A stretch of DNA of 64,000 nt from Candidatus Latescibacterota bacterium (GCA_965222605.1 OZ244960.1:4224001-4288000), one strand, 5' to 3'. Positions 19,667 through 29,933 are shown, numbered from the stretch's first letter. Numbers and translations are program-made. Notes: generated by a model not told the origin, from the sequence alone.

Positions 19667-21244
19667 CTATTGGTCGCCTGCTTGGGAATGGACTCGAATC
19701 CCGCATTCTATGTGATCTACGATGATATCTCCGTCAATATTTTTTACAGATTCGATGGTCAGGCCCAGATGGTTGTCGCCATAAATAAATGGCGGGTTTG
19801 ATAGCGCGATTGTACACGATGGGGGTTGGTCGTCATCGGGCCAGGTCCAGGTCAAATTTTGAGATGGGATTTTTGTGCCGTTGATGTCAACAGTGAGCGC
19901 GTCGTCTTTTGATAAGCCCTGAGCGAAGAAAGTCAGGGCATTTTCTGAGGGAACGGGTTCTGCGGGGAGATTTTCACACAGGCGAAATCTGAAGGTTTCT
20001 CGTTGTCCCGTTTTTTGGCGGGGGAGGACAAGTTCTTCTTTTTCATAGACCTCGCCCAAACTTTTGCTATTTGCCCAGAGGGAACGGAACGTATAGTGTC
20101 GATCTAGGCCGATGCTTTGCGGGTCTTTTAATTCTTTGAGGTCGTTCATCGCCGCTGGATACATTGCGGGGTTTTGTGCGCCATTCTTTTCGGGGGGTTC
20201 AAACTGAGGTCCCCAATGGAAGAAGTAATTTTGGGTCGAGAATCCGTCGGCACCTGCGGCGTAGAAGTTTTGCAATGCTGCGCGGTATTGGGGCATGTCC
20301 ATGAGAAATTCTGTATCGATACTGAGTCTGGGTTGTACCTGGGGATAGACATAACAGTTGTGTTGCCGAGCTATTGATACAAAGTCTTCGTATTTTTCGT
20401 TGAAGTCGGTAAATCCAAAATCCCCAGGCGCAACATAGTCGATCAGGCCCTCTTTGATCCAGGCGGGTACGTCTAAGCTCAGCTTTTTACAGCCCGCCAT
20501 TTGCTGGGGTACGCGAACGCCGAGGATGAGGTTCCGCTCTCTGCCTGTTGGGGAATGGGCATTGTCCAGCATATTGCGGACTTGTCGAATAAAGCCGGTC
20601 ATGGTGCTGTGGCTGTGTGCCAGTTCAGCTTTGGGAAAACATTCTGCGAGGCGCGTAAAATTAAATTCCATGCCGTCGATGTCGAAGCGATTGGCGGCTT
20701 CTTCCATGATGGCGAGCAGATAAGCGCGCACTTCTGGTATGGCGTAGTTTAAAGAGCATCCGTATTTGCGGCTTTCGGGTGGCGCGCGTCTGGTGGAGGG
20801 TTTGTATTCTCTGAGTACCCATTCGGGTTTTTCGTCGCAGAGTTTCTTGAAAAATTCTGTGTGGTGGCCGTGGCGGTCGTTCATTCGGAAACCAGCGATA
20901 AATTCCATGTCTTGCTTATGGCATTCGTCGATGTAGATTTCGACGGGCATGATGCCCGTGTCCATTATGGGTACCAGGCGCTGGTGTTGATACCGGATGT
21001 CGTAGGGGCATTTGTCGGTTCGCCAGAACATGGTCATTGCTTCGGCGAAGATTTCCTGTACGAGGGTGTCGATACTTCCCGCAGAGGCGTAATTGCGAAC
21101 GATCTGACGCAGTTCTTCGGGTTGAGCCGCCGGGACGCTGAGGTGGCTGGTGGTGTTTGATGGGTCGCTGACGTAGATGAGACGGCGTGTACCACGGGGT
21201 TGCAAGCGGCCCAGGTGTGGAGATGATGTTTGTGAAGTTGGCAT
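19667..21244 (-). CDS. Glycoside hydrolase-like TIM-barrel protein (GHL10/DUF187-like)
   Basis: FRMND.H, LNYA.PEVR, DIDG.E.NF.R, LDV..WI.EGLID, GADG motifs. Confidence 0.6.
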   Translation of the reverse strand: MPTSQTSSPHLGRLQPRGTRRLIYVSDPSNTTSHLSVPAAQPEELRQIVRNYASAGSIDTLVQEIFAEAMTMFWRTDKCPYDIRYQHQRLVPIMDTGIMPVEIYIDECHKQDMEFIAGFRMNDRHGHHTEFFKKLCDEKPEWVLREYKPSTRRAPPESRKYGCSLNYAIPEVRAYLLAIMEEAANRFDIDGMEFNFTRLAECFPKAELAHSHSTMTGFIRQVRNMLDNAHSPTGRERNLILGVRVPQQMAGCKKLSLDVPAWIKEGLIDYVAPGDFGFTDFNEKYEDFVSIARQHNCYVYPQVQPRLSIDTEFLMDMPQYRAALQNFYAAGADGFSTQNYFFHWGPQFEPPEKNGAQNPAMYPAAMNDLKELKDPQSIGLDRHYTFRSLWANSKSLGEVYEKEELVLPRQKTGQRETFRFRLCENLPAEPVPSENALTFFAQGLSKDDALTVDINGTKIPSQNLTWTWPDDDQPPSCTIALSNPPFIYGDNHLGLTIESVKNIDGDIIVDHIECGIRVHSQAGDQ

Positions 21245-21265
21245 TTGGTCCGTCCTTGTTCGCGT

Positions 21266-21706
21266 TTATGGCAGGGCTGTGTGTTGCGGTTGTGCGCCGT
21301 TGGGCAGTGGGGGAACGTCAATGCTGGCTTTTGGCAGGGTACCGGTCATTTCCTGCTGCGGGTGTGCAACAAAGCCAGCGGCACAGCAGTAGATCATTTT
21401 CAGGGGTACGTCGCCCGTGTTGGTGAGTTGATGATATTCTCCCGGGGGAATGTACACGGCCTGACCGGCTTTCAGGGTTTGTCTTTCGGTGCCGAGGCAC
21501 ATTTCGCCTTTGCCTTCGATTACAAAGTAGATTTCTTCCTGTGCTTGATTGTGCCATGGCACCTGTCCTCTGTTGGGTTCAAAGGTGACGAATCCAACGG
21601 AGAATTTTTCTGTGGGTATGGGGGTGCCAGCACCTGCAAATGGCTGTGTTCTTCTGCGTGCGGGAAATTGTCGGCCTTCAATCTCGCGCAGGTCTGAGAT
21701 GATCAT
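21266..21706 (-). CDS. Cupin domain protein
   Basis: PWH...QEE.Y....G.G and G..VYIP.G..H.L.NTG motifs. Start at MIISDL. Confidence 0.85.
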   Translation of the reverse strand: MIISDLREIEGRQFPARRRTQPFAGAGTPIPTEKFSVGFVTFEPNRGQVPWHNQAQEEIYFVIEGKGEMCLGTERQTLKAGQAVYIPPGEYHQLTNTGDVPLKMIYCCAAGFVAHPQQEMTGTLPKASIDVPPLPNGAQPQHTALP

Positions 21707-21717
21707 GTCGGGGTCCT

Positions 21718-22308
21718 TTAATCGGCAGCGACTGTTTCGCGGGTTTTCATTCTTTCGCGTTCTTCGATGAGCAGGTTCATCCAGTGTTTCATGTACTGCC
21801 CGTGGTCGTTCCACACGCGGCCACTGATCAAATTGCCATCGATGACACACGGTTCATCGACGAAGATGCCGCCGCAGACTTCGAGGTCAAATTGGCATTT
21901 CCAAACGCAGGCCATGCGTCGTCCTTTGACTACGCCTGCGCGACATGGGATTTCAACGCCGTGGCAGACGCTGGCAACGGGTTTGTTGTGTTCAAAGAAA
22001 TAGCGCGTGATGCGAATGAGGTCGGGGTCGTCGCGGATGTATTCGGGGGCGCGGCCGCCAGAGAAGAAGATGCCGACGTATTCGGATGGGTCGATGTCCC
22101 GAAAGGCGATGTCGGCATTGATTGAATACCCTTTCCATTCTTCGGTGATGTCCCAGCCGGGGGAGATTTCGTGGAGTACCATTTGATAGCGCCGCTTATC
22201 TGGCCCGGCGACAACGGGGGTAAATCCGTCTTCCTGTATCCTGAGAAATGGATATAGCGTATCGACGGTTTCTGTGGCGTCTCCAACGATGATGAGAACT
22301 TTGTCCAT
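21718..22308 (-). CDS. DJ-1/PfpI family protein
   Basis: GD..E, GGRAPEY.R, catalytic CHG, DGNL.SGR motifs. Confidence 0.88.
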   Translation of the reverse strand: MDKVLIIVGDATETVDTLYPFLRIQEDGFTPVVAGPDKRRYQMVLHEISPGWDITEEWKGYSINADIAFRDIDPSEYVGIFFSGGRAPEYIRDDPDLIRITRYFFEHNKPVASVCHGVEIPCRAGVVKGRRMACVWKCQFDLEVCGGIFVDEPCVIDGNLISGRVWNDHGQYMKHWMNLLIEERERMKTRETVAAD

Positions 22309-22335
22309 GACGGTCTCCTTCGAAAGGTGATGGGT

Positions 22336-23328
22336 TTATATATCGACGAGGATGGTCTTATGCTCCTGGGCAGATCGCACGATGGCGTCGGCGGTTGCGA
22401 CATATCTTCGCCCCTGTTCGGGTGTGACGATTAGAGAGGCTTCGCCTCTGATGGCGGAGAAGATATTTCGATAAAAGGGACGGCTCTGCAAGTGAAATTC
22501 GGGTGGGTCTGGAATTTTTCGTATTTCCGTTTCTTTTCCGTCCATTCTTTTGTGTAGCCAGTGTCCCTGTTTTTCATCGATCATGACCATGAGGTCGCCT
22601 TTTTTGCAGGCGATGTGAAAACGGGGAAATGCTTTCAGTCTGTTTCCCTTGCTCATTTCGACCAGAGCGGTGGAGCCATCGGAAAATGTGAGATAGCTGT
22701 TGAAGTAGTCGTGTTCGTGTACAATGGATTTCAAAATACCGGATACATGGATGGGGCCTGAGGGAGCCAGCATGAGAATCTGGTCCAGCAGGTGGGGGCC
22801 GAAAGACATGAAGGGCGCACTGCCCGTGAATTTTTTTGATCCCGCCCATGTCTTCTTCCAGGGGCCGCCCAGATGTCTGGATTGGATCATCAGGGGTTTT
22901 CCGATATGTCCTTCGTTGAGGATGCGTTTGAGTTCGAGATAATCGGGGTCCCAGCGGCGGTTTTGATGGGTTGTGACGACGAGTCCGTTTTTTTGGGCTA
23001 TTTGCAACATGTACTCGGTTTCCGAAAGGCTGAAAGACATGGGTTTTTCAATGACCACATTTTTGCCGGCTTCCAGAACGCGCACACCTGTGGGGCCGTG
23101 CAGGTAGTTGGGCAATGCCACGACAGCCATTTGCAGACCTGGATGCGCGAGAAATTCGTCGATGTCGCGATAGCCCTCACAGCCGTATTCGCTTTTGGCA
23201 TGTGCGAGGCGTTCTTCTCGGGTGTCGCAAACCGCAATCAATTCGCATTCTTCCATTCCCGATAAACACGGGGCATGCAGGTTTTCCGCAATTGCTCCCC
23301 AACCGATGATTCCAGTGCCAATACGCAT
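22336..23328 (-). CDS. Gfo/Idh/MocA family oxidoreductase
   Basis: GIIG.G.I, AGK.V.IEKP, NRRWD, H.LD motifs. Confidence 0.88.
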   Translation of the reverse strand: MRIGTGIIGWGAIAENLHAPCLSGMEECELIAVCDTREERLAHAKSEYGCEGYRDIDEFLAHPGLQMAVVALPNYLHGPTGVRVLEAGKNVVIEKPMSFSLSETEYMLQIAQKNGLVVTTHQNRRWDPDYLELKRILNEGHIGKPLMIQSRHLGGPWKKTWAGSKKFTGSAPFMSFGPHLLDQILMLAPSGPIHVSGILKSIVHEHDYFNSYLTFSDGSTALVEMSKGNRLKAFPRFHIACKKGDLMVMIDEKQGHWLHKRMDGKETEIRKIPDPPEFHLQSRPFYRNIFSAIRGEASLIVTPEQGRRYVATADAIVRSAQEHKTILVDI

Positions 23329-23491
23329 GGTTGCCTCTGAATTTGTGATTTTGTGGGATTCCTATTTGTAAATCTATCTTAGACCTCTTGTTTGTTCTAT
23401 TTAGAGATTATGGGAAAGGTGCAAGTAAATTAGTCCCTTTACAATAGAAATCAAATGATTTTTATAGCAATGTTTTGGCATATCTTGCACC

Positions 23492-23577
23492 AAAAAAATA
23501 AGCGACCAGGGGCAAAAAGCCCAGGGTCGCTTAAAATATAAGATAAACACAGTGCCTGCCAAATGGCAAGCACTGTG
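23492..23577 (-). terminator. Two hairpins downstream of ino1; the distal one is an intrinsic terminator
   Basis: CACAGTGC/GCACTGTG stem (23548-23577). TAAGCGACC/GGTCGCTTA stem (23499-23533) followed by a T7 tract on the minus strand. Confidence 0.65.
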
Positions 23578-23590
23578 CGGGAGAGAGGTT

Positions 23591-24676
23591 TTACTCTTTT
23601 ATGCCGTACTGGCGAATAAAATCGCTTGTCATTTCACGGGCCTGGTCGTCGCTAAATTGTTTGGGCGGCGATTTCATCAGGTAAGACGATGGTCCCATCA
23701 AGGGACCTTTGAGGCCGTGGTTAAGGGCGAGTTTGCAGAGTCTGACTGCGTCGACGACCACGCCTGCTGAGTTCGGTGAGTCCCAGACTTCGAGTTTGAG
23801 TTCCAAATTGAGTGGCACGCCACCAAAGGTTTCGCCTTCCATGCGGATATGACACCATTTGCGGTCTTCCAGCCAGGGGATGTAGTCGCTGGGACCAACG
23901 TGGATATTGTCTTCGCCCAGGTCGTAGTCGAGTTGAGAGGTGACGGCCTGTGTTTTGGAGATTTTTTTCGATTCTAAGCGTTCGCGCTCGAGCATGTTGT
24001 AAAAGTCGGTGTTGCCGCCAAAATTGAGTTGATACGTTTTGCTGAGTTTGACGCCGCGTTCGCGGAACAGGCGGGTGAGCACGCGGTGAGTGATGGTGGC
24101 GCCGACCTGTGATTTGATGTCGTCGCCGATGAGGGGCAGGCCGCGTTTTTCAAAGCGCTCGGGCCAGTGCCCGGCACTGGCGATAAAGACGGGCATGCAG
24201 TTGACGAAGGCACATCCGGCTTGAAGGATTTGTTCCACATACCACTTGGTGGCCTGTTCGCTGCCCACGGGAAGGTAATTGACGACGACATCGGTGCGCG
24301 TGGCTTTGAGGACTTCGGCAATGTCAACGGTGTCGCCTTCGGCTTTTGTGATGACTTGATTGAGGTATTTGCCCAGGCCATCGTGGGTCATGCCGCGGTA
24401 AACGGGAACGTCGAGGTGGGGGACATCGGCAAATTTGATGGTGTTGTTGGGATGCGCAAAGATGGCTTCGCTCAAGTCTTTGCCCACTTTTTTCGCATTG
24501 ATGTCAAAGGCAGCAGAAAATTCAATGTCGCGGATGTGATAGCCGCCCAGGTTGGGGTGCATCAATCCGGGGATGAACTCATCCTCAGAAGCGTTCTTGT
24601 AGTATTCGACGCCCTGTACGAGCGAGGATGCACAGTTGCCTGCGCCGATGATGGCGACTCGGACTTTGGAGGACAT
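23591..24676 (-). CDS. ino1: myo-Inositol-1-phosphate synthase
   Basis: [58 protein letters not shown] motifs. Confidence 0.95.
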   Translation of the reverse strand: MSSKVRVAIIGAGNCASSLVQGVEYYKNASEDEFIPGLMHPNLGGYHIRDIEFSAAFDINAKKVGKDLSEAIFAHPNNTIKFADVPHLDVPVYRGMTHDGLGKYLNQVITKAEGDTVDIAEVLKATRTDVVVNYLPVGSEQATKWYVEQILQAGCAFVNCMPVFIASAGHWPERFEKRGLPLIGDDIKSQVGATITHRVLTRLFRERGVKLSKTYQLNFGGNTDFYNMLERERLESKKISKTQAVTSQLDYDLGEDNIHVGPSDYIPWLEDRKWCHIRMEGETFGGVPLNLELKLEVWDSPNSAGVVVDAVRLCKLALNHGLKGPLMGPSSYLMKSPPKQFSDDQAREMTSDFIRQYGIKE

Positions 24677-24772
24677 GGTGCTTCTCCTTAAAGAGAAAGG
24701 TGTTTAAGGTATTGTCGGACAAAATGTCAGTGATTTTTACTTATTCGACAAATTAATAATTACTATATTATA

Positions 24773-24789
24773 TATAGATAAAATCTATA
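24773..24789. promoter_or_regulatory. LysR-type operator (T-N11-A palindrome)
   Basis: TATAGAT-AAA-ATCTATA lies between the divergent ino1 and LysR genes. Confidence 0.65.
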
Positions 24790-24815
24790 GATTACATTCC
24801 GAATAGGAGCGAGAT

Positions 24816-25739
24816 ATGAATCTTTATCATTTGCGCTATTTTTTGTCTGTTGCCCAAACCGGGAGTTTTAGCCAGGCTGCACGGGAGATGCATGTGACAC
24901 AGCCAACGGTGAGTAGTGGTATTGCTGAGTTGGAAAAAACGATGGGTGTGAGGCTTTTTAACCGGGGAGGCAAGCGCGTGGCGCTGACAATGGAAGGGCG
25001 CACGCTGGTGAATTATGCGATGCAAATTCAGGATCTGGTCGAAGAGGTAGAAGACCACTTGCAGCGGCGCGATGTGTTGCCAGGGGAGGGGTTTCAGTTT
25101 GGCGCGATTGATGCGGCTGTGACGTATTTATTGCCGGATATTTTGAAGGATTATATGCGCGCTTATCCCAATGTTTCACTGTCTGCACAGGTGGCACCGT
25201 CGCGTTATCTGGTGGATGATCTGCTGATGAACCGCTCAGAGTTTGCGGTTATTTCTTTGCCTTATGATCATCCGCGTGTGGAGACGGTGTCGATTTATCG
25301 GGATTCTATGCCGCTTGTGGTGGGGGCATCTCATTCTTTTGCGGCGCGAAAAAGCGCGATTTTGCAAGAGGTTGTGCAAGAGCCGTTGATCCTGTTTCAC
25401 ACGGATTCCATATCGCGCAAAATTGTGGATGAGCGATTTGCCGAAGCAGGCGTGTCTCCCGGCGTGGTGATGGAGATGCGAAGTCCAGAGGCGATGCGAA
25501 AACTGGTGGAGGTCGGTGTTGGGATTTCGTTTCTGCCTATGCTAACTGTGCAGGATTCCCTGGATGCTGGGGCGTTAAAAATGGTGGATGTGGAGGGGGT
25601 GGCATTTAGCCGCGAGATCGGCGTGGCGTGGAGGCGAGGACGCTATTTTAGTGCGGCGATTCGCTATTTGATTGAGGCGATTTTTGAGGCATACCAGGGG
25701 CTGGAGGTCTGGCACAAGAAGGTGGGGATTGCAAAATGA
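24816..25739 (+). CDS. LysR family transcriptional regulator
   Basis: N-terminal HTH L.YF..VA..GSFS.AA.....TQP.VS..I..LE...G..LF.R plus substrate-binding domain. Confidence 0.95.
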   Translation: MNLYHLRYFLSVAQTGSFSQAAREMHVTQPTVSSGIAELEKTMGVRLFNRGGKRVALTMEGRTLVNYAMQIQDLVEEVEDHLQRRDVLPGEGFQFGAIDAAVTYLLPDILKDYMRAYPNVSLSAQVAPSRYLVDDLLMNRSEFAVISLPYDHPRVETVSIYRDSMPLVVGASHSFAARKSAILQEVVQEPLILFHTDSISRKIVDERFAEAGVSPGVVMEMRSPEAMRKLVEVGVGISFLPMLTVQDSLDAGALKMVDVEGVAFSREIGVAWRRGRYFSAAIRYLIEAIFEAYQGLEVWHKKVGIAK

Positions 25740-25744
25740 GTATG

Positions 25745-26914
25745 CTAAAACTTAAACGTTTTGCGTTCGGTTTGTTCAAGGGTTTGTGCGATGAGGGGGG
25801 CGAGGTCAAGCGTGGATTCGATTTCGCGGACTTTTTCCAAATTGGCACGCGTTTCGGGGTGTTTGGGTACAAAGACAGAGCAACAATCTTCGTAGGGTTC
25901 AATGGAGATTTGATATGTGCCGATGCGCCGTGCTTCGTTGATGATTTCTTCTTTGTTGTCACCGGCCAATGGGCGCAAGATGGGCAGTGGGGTCACTTCT
26001 TCGATGGCGCGCATGTTCGACAGGGTTTGCGAGGCGACCTGTCCGACATTTTCGCCTGTGACAAGTGCCTGGGCATCTACTTTTTCGGCTATAGCTTCTG
26101 CAATGCGCAACATGGCGCGGCGGTAGAGAATGACGCGGTAGCTCGCAGGTGCTTGCGTCATGATGTGGCGTTGAATTTCGACAAATGGCACCAGGTAGAG
26201 GTCAGACACATATTGATGCCGGGTGAGGAGTCGTACGAGGTCTTCGGTGTTGCGCTGGGAATTGCGATTGGTATAAGGCTGGCTGTGAAAATGTACATAA
26301 GTGAGTTTGACACCGCGTTTCATAATTTTGTAAGAAGCCACGGGTGAGTCAATGCCCGAAGATAGGAGGCTTACGGCGCGTTCATTGGATCCGACGGGCA
26401 AACCCCCTGGGGCAGGGATTTTTTCGGCGTAGATAAATATGCGTTGTGGGGCAATTTCAATAAAACAAATGAGGTCTGGGTTGTCCATCAGGACGCGGGC
26501 ACCCGACAGGGTTTGAATATGCTTGCCCACATCCCGGTTGATTTGATCTGAATTGAGGGGAAAGGTTTTGTCGCCGCGTCTGGTGACAATTTTGAAGGAT
26601 TGAAAGTCGGCTTTTTGTGCAAGTATCCAGGCTGTTTCTCGAATGGCTTCGATATTGCGTTTGGCCACGACTGCTTCGGAAAAGTTGGCGATGCCAAAGA
26701 CTGTTGAGAGCCGTTCTCGGATTACATCTATCGGCGATTCTGAAGTGAGTGCGAGCATCATGCGGCCCGATAGACGCTCGAGCTTTCCACAGGGCACATC
26801 TTTGAGTGCGCGGTTGATGTTGATCATCAGACGCCGTTCAAATCTGCCCCGATTTTTGCCTTTGAGGCCAATTTCGTGATAGTGTATGAGCATGAAGCAG
26901 TTGTTGGTCATCAT
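25745..26914 (-). CDS. thiI: tRNA 4-thiouridine synthase ThiI (no rhodanese domain)
   Basis: EIGLKGKNR..FE, THUMP domain, GGLPVG, LLS.GIDSPVA, TGE..GQVASQT, RPL, EDCC motifs. Confidence 0.93.
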   Translation of the reverse strand: MMTNNCFMLIHYHEIGLKGKNRGRFERRLMININRALKDVPCGKLERLSGRMMLALTSESPIDVIRERLSTVFGIANFSEAVVAKRNIEAIRETAWILAQKADFQSFKIVTRRGDKTFPLNSDQINRDVGKHIQTLSGARVLMDNPDLICFIEIAPQRIFIYAEKIPAPGGLPVGSNERAVSLLSSGIDSPVASYKIMKRGVKLTYVHFHSQPYTNRNSQRNTEDLVRLLTRHQYVSDLYLVPFVEIQRHIMTQAPASYRVILYRRAMLRIAEAIAEKVDAQALVTGENVGQVASQTLSNMRAIEEVTPLPILRPLAGDNKEEIINEARRIGTYQISIEPYEDCCSVFVPKHPETRANLEKVREIESTLDLAPLIAQTLEQTERKTFKF

Positions 26915-26930
26915 TTTTATATGAGATGGG

Positions 26931-28496
26931 TTAGGGATTAGTGGATAGGTCGCGTTGGAGAATAACGAGGGTTATATCGTCGGTGCGCCGCGCTTTGCCA
27001 ATAAAAGATTTGACATCGGCGACGAGGTCGGCAATCAAATCTGTGGGTTTCTGATCTATGGATGCGCGTTCGAGGCAACGAATAAATCGGTCGTCGTCAA
27101 AGAAGTTGCGTTTGGCATTTTGGGCTTCGACAACACCATCGGAGTAGAGCACGAGGCGATCACCGGGCGCGAGTGTTAAATGCACAACGCGATAGGGGGT
27201 TTGGGGGCGCACAAGTGCCGGGATCCCAAGGGGATATCCCGCGAGGTCGATAAATTGAGATCTGTTGGAAAGATGGATCGGTGGACAGTGTCCTGCACTT
27301 GCAAGCGTGACTTTGCCGGTGGGTACGTCGAGCACAGCGATGCAGCATGTGATAAATGTGGCATGGTCAATCTGACCTTCCAGTGAGTCATTAAGACCGT
27401 CGAGAATATCGGCTGGCGCAACGCGATTTTGGCATTCATAGCGGAGCATTTCATTGAAACGCACGGCGGTCACGGCTGCTTCCATGGCTTTGCCAGAGAC
27501 ATCGGCAACGACAATGCCGAGTTTTGTTTTGTCTTCATCCAACCAGCGGTATGCATAGTAATCCCCCCCGACGCTGTTGGCGGGAATACACGTTCCGTCG
27601 AGTGCATAACCAGGCAGGTCAGGACTGGATTGCGGCAACAGACCCATTTGCATGTCGTGTGCTGTTTGCAATTCATCGCGCATTTCCGAAAATTGTTGTT
27701 TGTAGCTCTCCCACTGTCGCGCTTCTTCGCAGAGGGTCTGGTTATAGGCCGATGCAAAAATCCCGAATGCGAGGGGTTGAAAGAGGACGAAGACACAGAG
27801 TGTGGCTAAGGCATTGTCGGCGATGCCCCTGGTGAGAGCGACCGAGCCTATAAGAATTCCGAGCGCGGTAAGTATAAGCGCGCAGTGGCGAAAGAAACCG
27901 TAGCGTTCAACGGCTTTGCGACTTTCGACATAGGCTTCATCAATGTGTACCCCCCGGTCTGCTGCCAGAAGATAGATGTAGAAGCATTTGATAACAAAAA
28001 CGAGGCCGGGCAAAAATAAGAGGCAAGCTGCCAGAATGACGGCCCAAAAAATATTTTTTTCTTCTAAGAATTTTCCAATGTGTTCTGATCCAATGGGGAT
28101 GATCCAGGGCGTTTTCTGGGTAACTACCTGTTTGAATGCATTGAGCAGAAATGCAAAGAAATCGCTGCTCATAAAAACCAGTACCGCAATGATGATAAAG
28201 CCGAGAATAAAAAACAGGAAGATAAAAATATTCATCGAAAAAAAACGGACGAAACGAATGATCTGTCCAAATAGATCTCGCATAGAGGGTTGTTCCCCTT
28301 GTTGCGCGCGCAAGATCATGATGGCAAAGCCCGCATATAAGCTACCCAGGAGCAAAGTGCCCGATATCGCACTCAGGAGTATTGCCAAAAATGAAGCGAG
28401 ACACAAAATGGGTAGGTGACTCGCCCAGGAGGATATGCTGTCGTTGAGACAGCGAAGGTATTGGAGATTTGCCCGAACGGGGATATCGAGAGCCAT
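26931..28496 (-). CDS. Membrane-bound PP2C/SpoIIE Ser/Thr phosphatase
   Basis: N-terminal multi-TM domain (DUF975-like pattern). EL..A..MQ..LLP, VGGDYY, ADVSGK, SAGH, YSDG..EA and DD.T motifs. Confidence 0.88.
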   Translation of the reverse strand: MALDIPVRANLQYLRCLNDSISSWASHLPILCLASFLAILLSAISGTLLLGSLYAGFAIMILRAQQGEQPSMRDLFGQIIRFVRFFSMNIFIFLFFILGFIIIAVLVFMSSDFFAFLLNAFKQVVTQKTPWIIPIGSEHIGKFLEEKNIFWAVILAACLLFLPGLVFVIKCFYIYLLAADRGVHIDEAYVESRKAVERYGFFRHCALILTALGILIGSVALTRGIADNALATLCVFVLFQPLAFGIFASAYNQTLCEEARQWESYKQQFSEMRDELQTAHDMQMGLLPQSSPDLPGYALDGTCIPANSVGGDYYAYRWLDEDKTKLGIVVADVSGKAMEAAVTAVRFNEMLRYECQNRVAPADILDGLNDSLEGQIDHATFITCCIAVLDVPTGKVTLASAGHCPPIHLSNRSQFIDLAGYPLGIPALVRPQTPYRVVHLTLAPGDRLVLYSDGVVEAQNAKRNFFDDDRFIRCLERASIDQKPTDLIADLVADVKSFIGKARRTDDITLVILQRDLSTNP

Positions 28497-28501
28497 AACA
28501 A

Positions 28502-29911
28502 TCAGGGTTTTTCTTTGTTGAGTCTGTATTTGCGGTACAGGTGACGAAATTGGTCGTAACTGAGTTTGAGTTGTTTGGCGGCTTCGCGCTGGTTCCAGGA
28601 GACTTTATTGAGAATGCGCCGCAATAGACTCATTTCAAAGGATTGCACTTGTGATTCAAAGCCGTCGCTCGATTCGGATGATTGGGGCGCTTGTTGAGAA
28701 ACTTCGGGGGGCAGGTCGCCGGATTCAATCTCAGTTCCACGGGCAACACAGGCTGCGCGTTCGGTCGCAAATTTGAGTTCGCGCACATTTCCCTGCCAGC
28801 TATATGTCATCAGGCGTTTTGTTGCCGCATCGGAAAAATTGCGTTGTTGAAGGCCTGGTACTTCCTCAACGATTTGCGCGACAAAATAATCGGCTAACGC
28901 GGGAATGTCTTCGCGGCGTTCGCGCAATGGGGGCATGTGCAAGACTTCAAAGCGCAATCTGTCGTAGAGGTCCTGGCGGAATCGGCCTTCGGCAATTTCC
29001 GTTTCGAGATCGGTATTTGTGGCGGCAATAACGCGCACATCGACAAAGATGGGTGTCGCGCTGCCCACGCGCTGTATTTCGCTATATTCAATGGCGCGCA
29101 ATACGTTTTGCTGAAATTCGGGGGTGGTGTTGCCAATTTCATCGAGGAATAGGGTACCGCCACTTGCGGCTTCAAATTTGCCCGGGCGGGCTTCTGTCGC
29201 GCCCGTATAAGCCCCTTTTTCGTGTCCAAAGAGTTCGCTTTCAAGCAATTGGTCGGCAATGGCAGCGCAATTGACTTTGACAAAGGGACGGTCTTTGCGG
29301 TCACTGCCATAGTGGATAGCAGCGGCGACGAGTTCTTTGCCCGTTCCGGGTTCGCCCGTGATGAGCGCGGGCCGGGGGATGGGGGCTACGGTTTGCGCTC
29401 GCTGGAGAATTTGCTGGAGTTTGGGGCTGGAGCCGATGATTTGATAACGCTTGCCAAATTCGTTTCGGTAGAATTGGTTTTCGCGCCCCAGATCCTGGAC
29501 TTCGGCCCGCAGTTGGGCGTTTTCCTTAAGTGCTTGATACACGCGGTCGAGTTTTTCAAGGCTGAGTTCGATTTTGTCTTCGATGTAAAAGTCTTTTTCA
29601 ATAAAGTCTGTTGCGCCCAATCGCAATGCAGCCACGGCAGTATCTATTGTGCCCTGGCCGGTAAGCATAATGACGGGCAGGTCGGATACTACTTTGAGCA
29701 TTTGCGGTAAAATTTCGAGGCCATCGGGTTCATCGGGGCCATAATCGAGGTCGAGAATGGCCAGGCTAATCTGATTGGGATGCTGTTTGAGATATGCCAG
29801 GGCTTCGCGTCCGGTAGAGAAGGCATGGACGGTGCGCGTGTCGTCTCGCAGGCTTCGAATCAGCATGTCGAGGACTTCAATCTGGTCGTCAGCAACGATA
29901 ATTTCGGTCAT
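28502..29911 (-). CDS. Sigma54-dependent response regulator (REC + PspF-like AAA+ + HTH)
   Basis: REC domain (ADD..LDL..MLTG..EK), GEPGTGKEL, ELFGHEKGAYTGA, LFLDEIG, DRL.F.V. C-terminal NQ..AA..L.L.Y.QFR HTH. Confidence 0.9.
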   Translation of the reverse strand: MTEIIVADDQIEVLDMLIRSLRDDTRTVHAFSTGREALAYLKQHPNQISLAILDLDYGPDEPDGLEILPQMLKVVSDLPVIMLTGQGTIDTAVAALRLGATDFIEKDFYIEDKIELSLEKLDRVYQALKENAQLRAEVQDLGRENQFYRNEFGKRYQIIGSSPKLQQILQRAQTVAPIPRPALITGEPGTGKELVAAAIHYGSDRKDRPFVKVNCAAIADQLLESELFGHEKGAYTGATEARPGKFEAASGGTLFLDEIGNTTPEFQQNVLRAIEYSEIQRVGSATPIFVDVRVIAATNTDLETEIAEGRFRQDLYDRLRFEVLHMPPLRERREDIPALADYFVAQIVEEVPGLQQRNFSDAATKRLMTYSWQGNVRELKFATERAACVARGTEIESGDLPPEVSQQAPQSSESSDGFESQVQSFEMSLLRRILNKVSWNQREAAKQLKLSYDQFRHLYRKYRLNKEKP

Positions 29912-29933
29912 GGGAGAAATATTGGAAAGGATC

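Noticed and set aside
23472-23495. TGGCAT-ATC-TTGCA as a sigma54 promoter
   Set aside because: The spacer is 3 nt rather than the required 5, and no suitably oriented gene follows.
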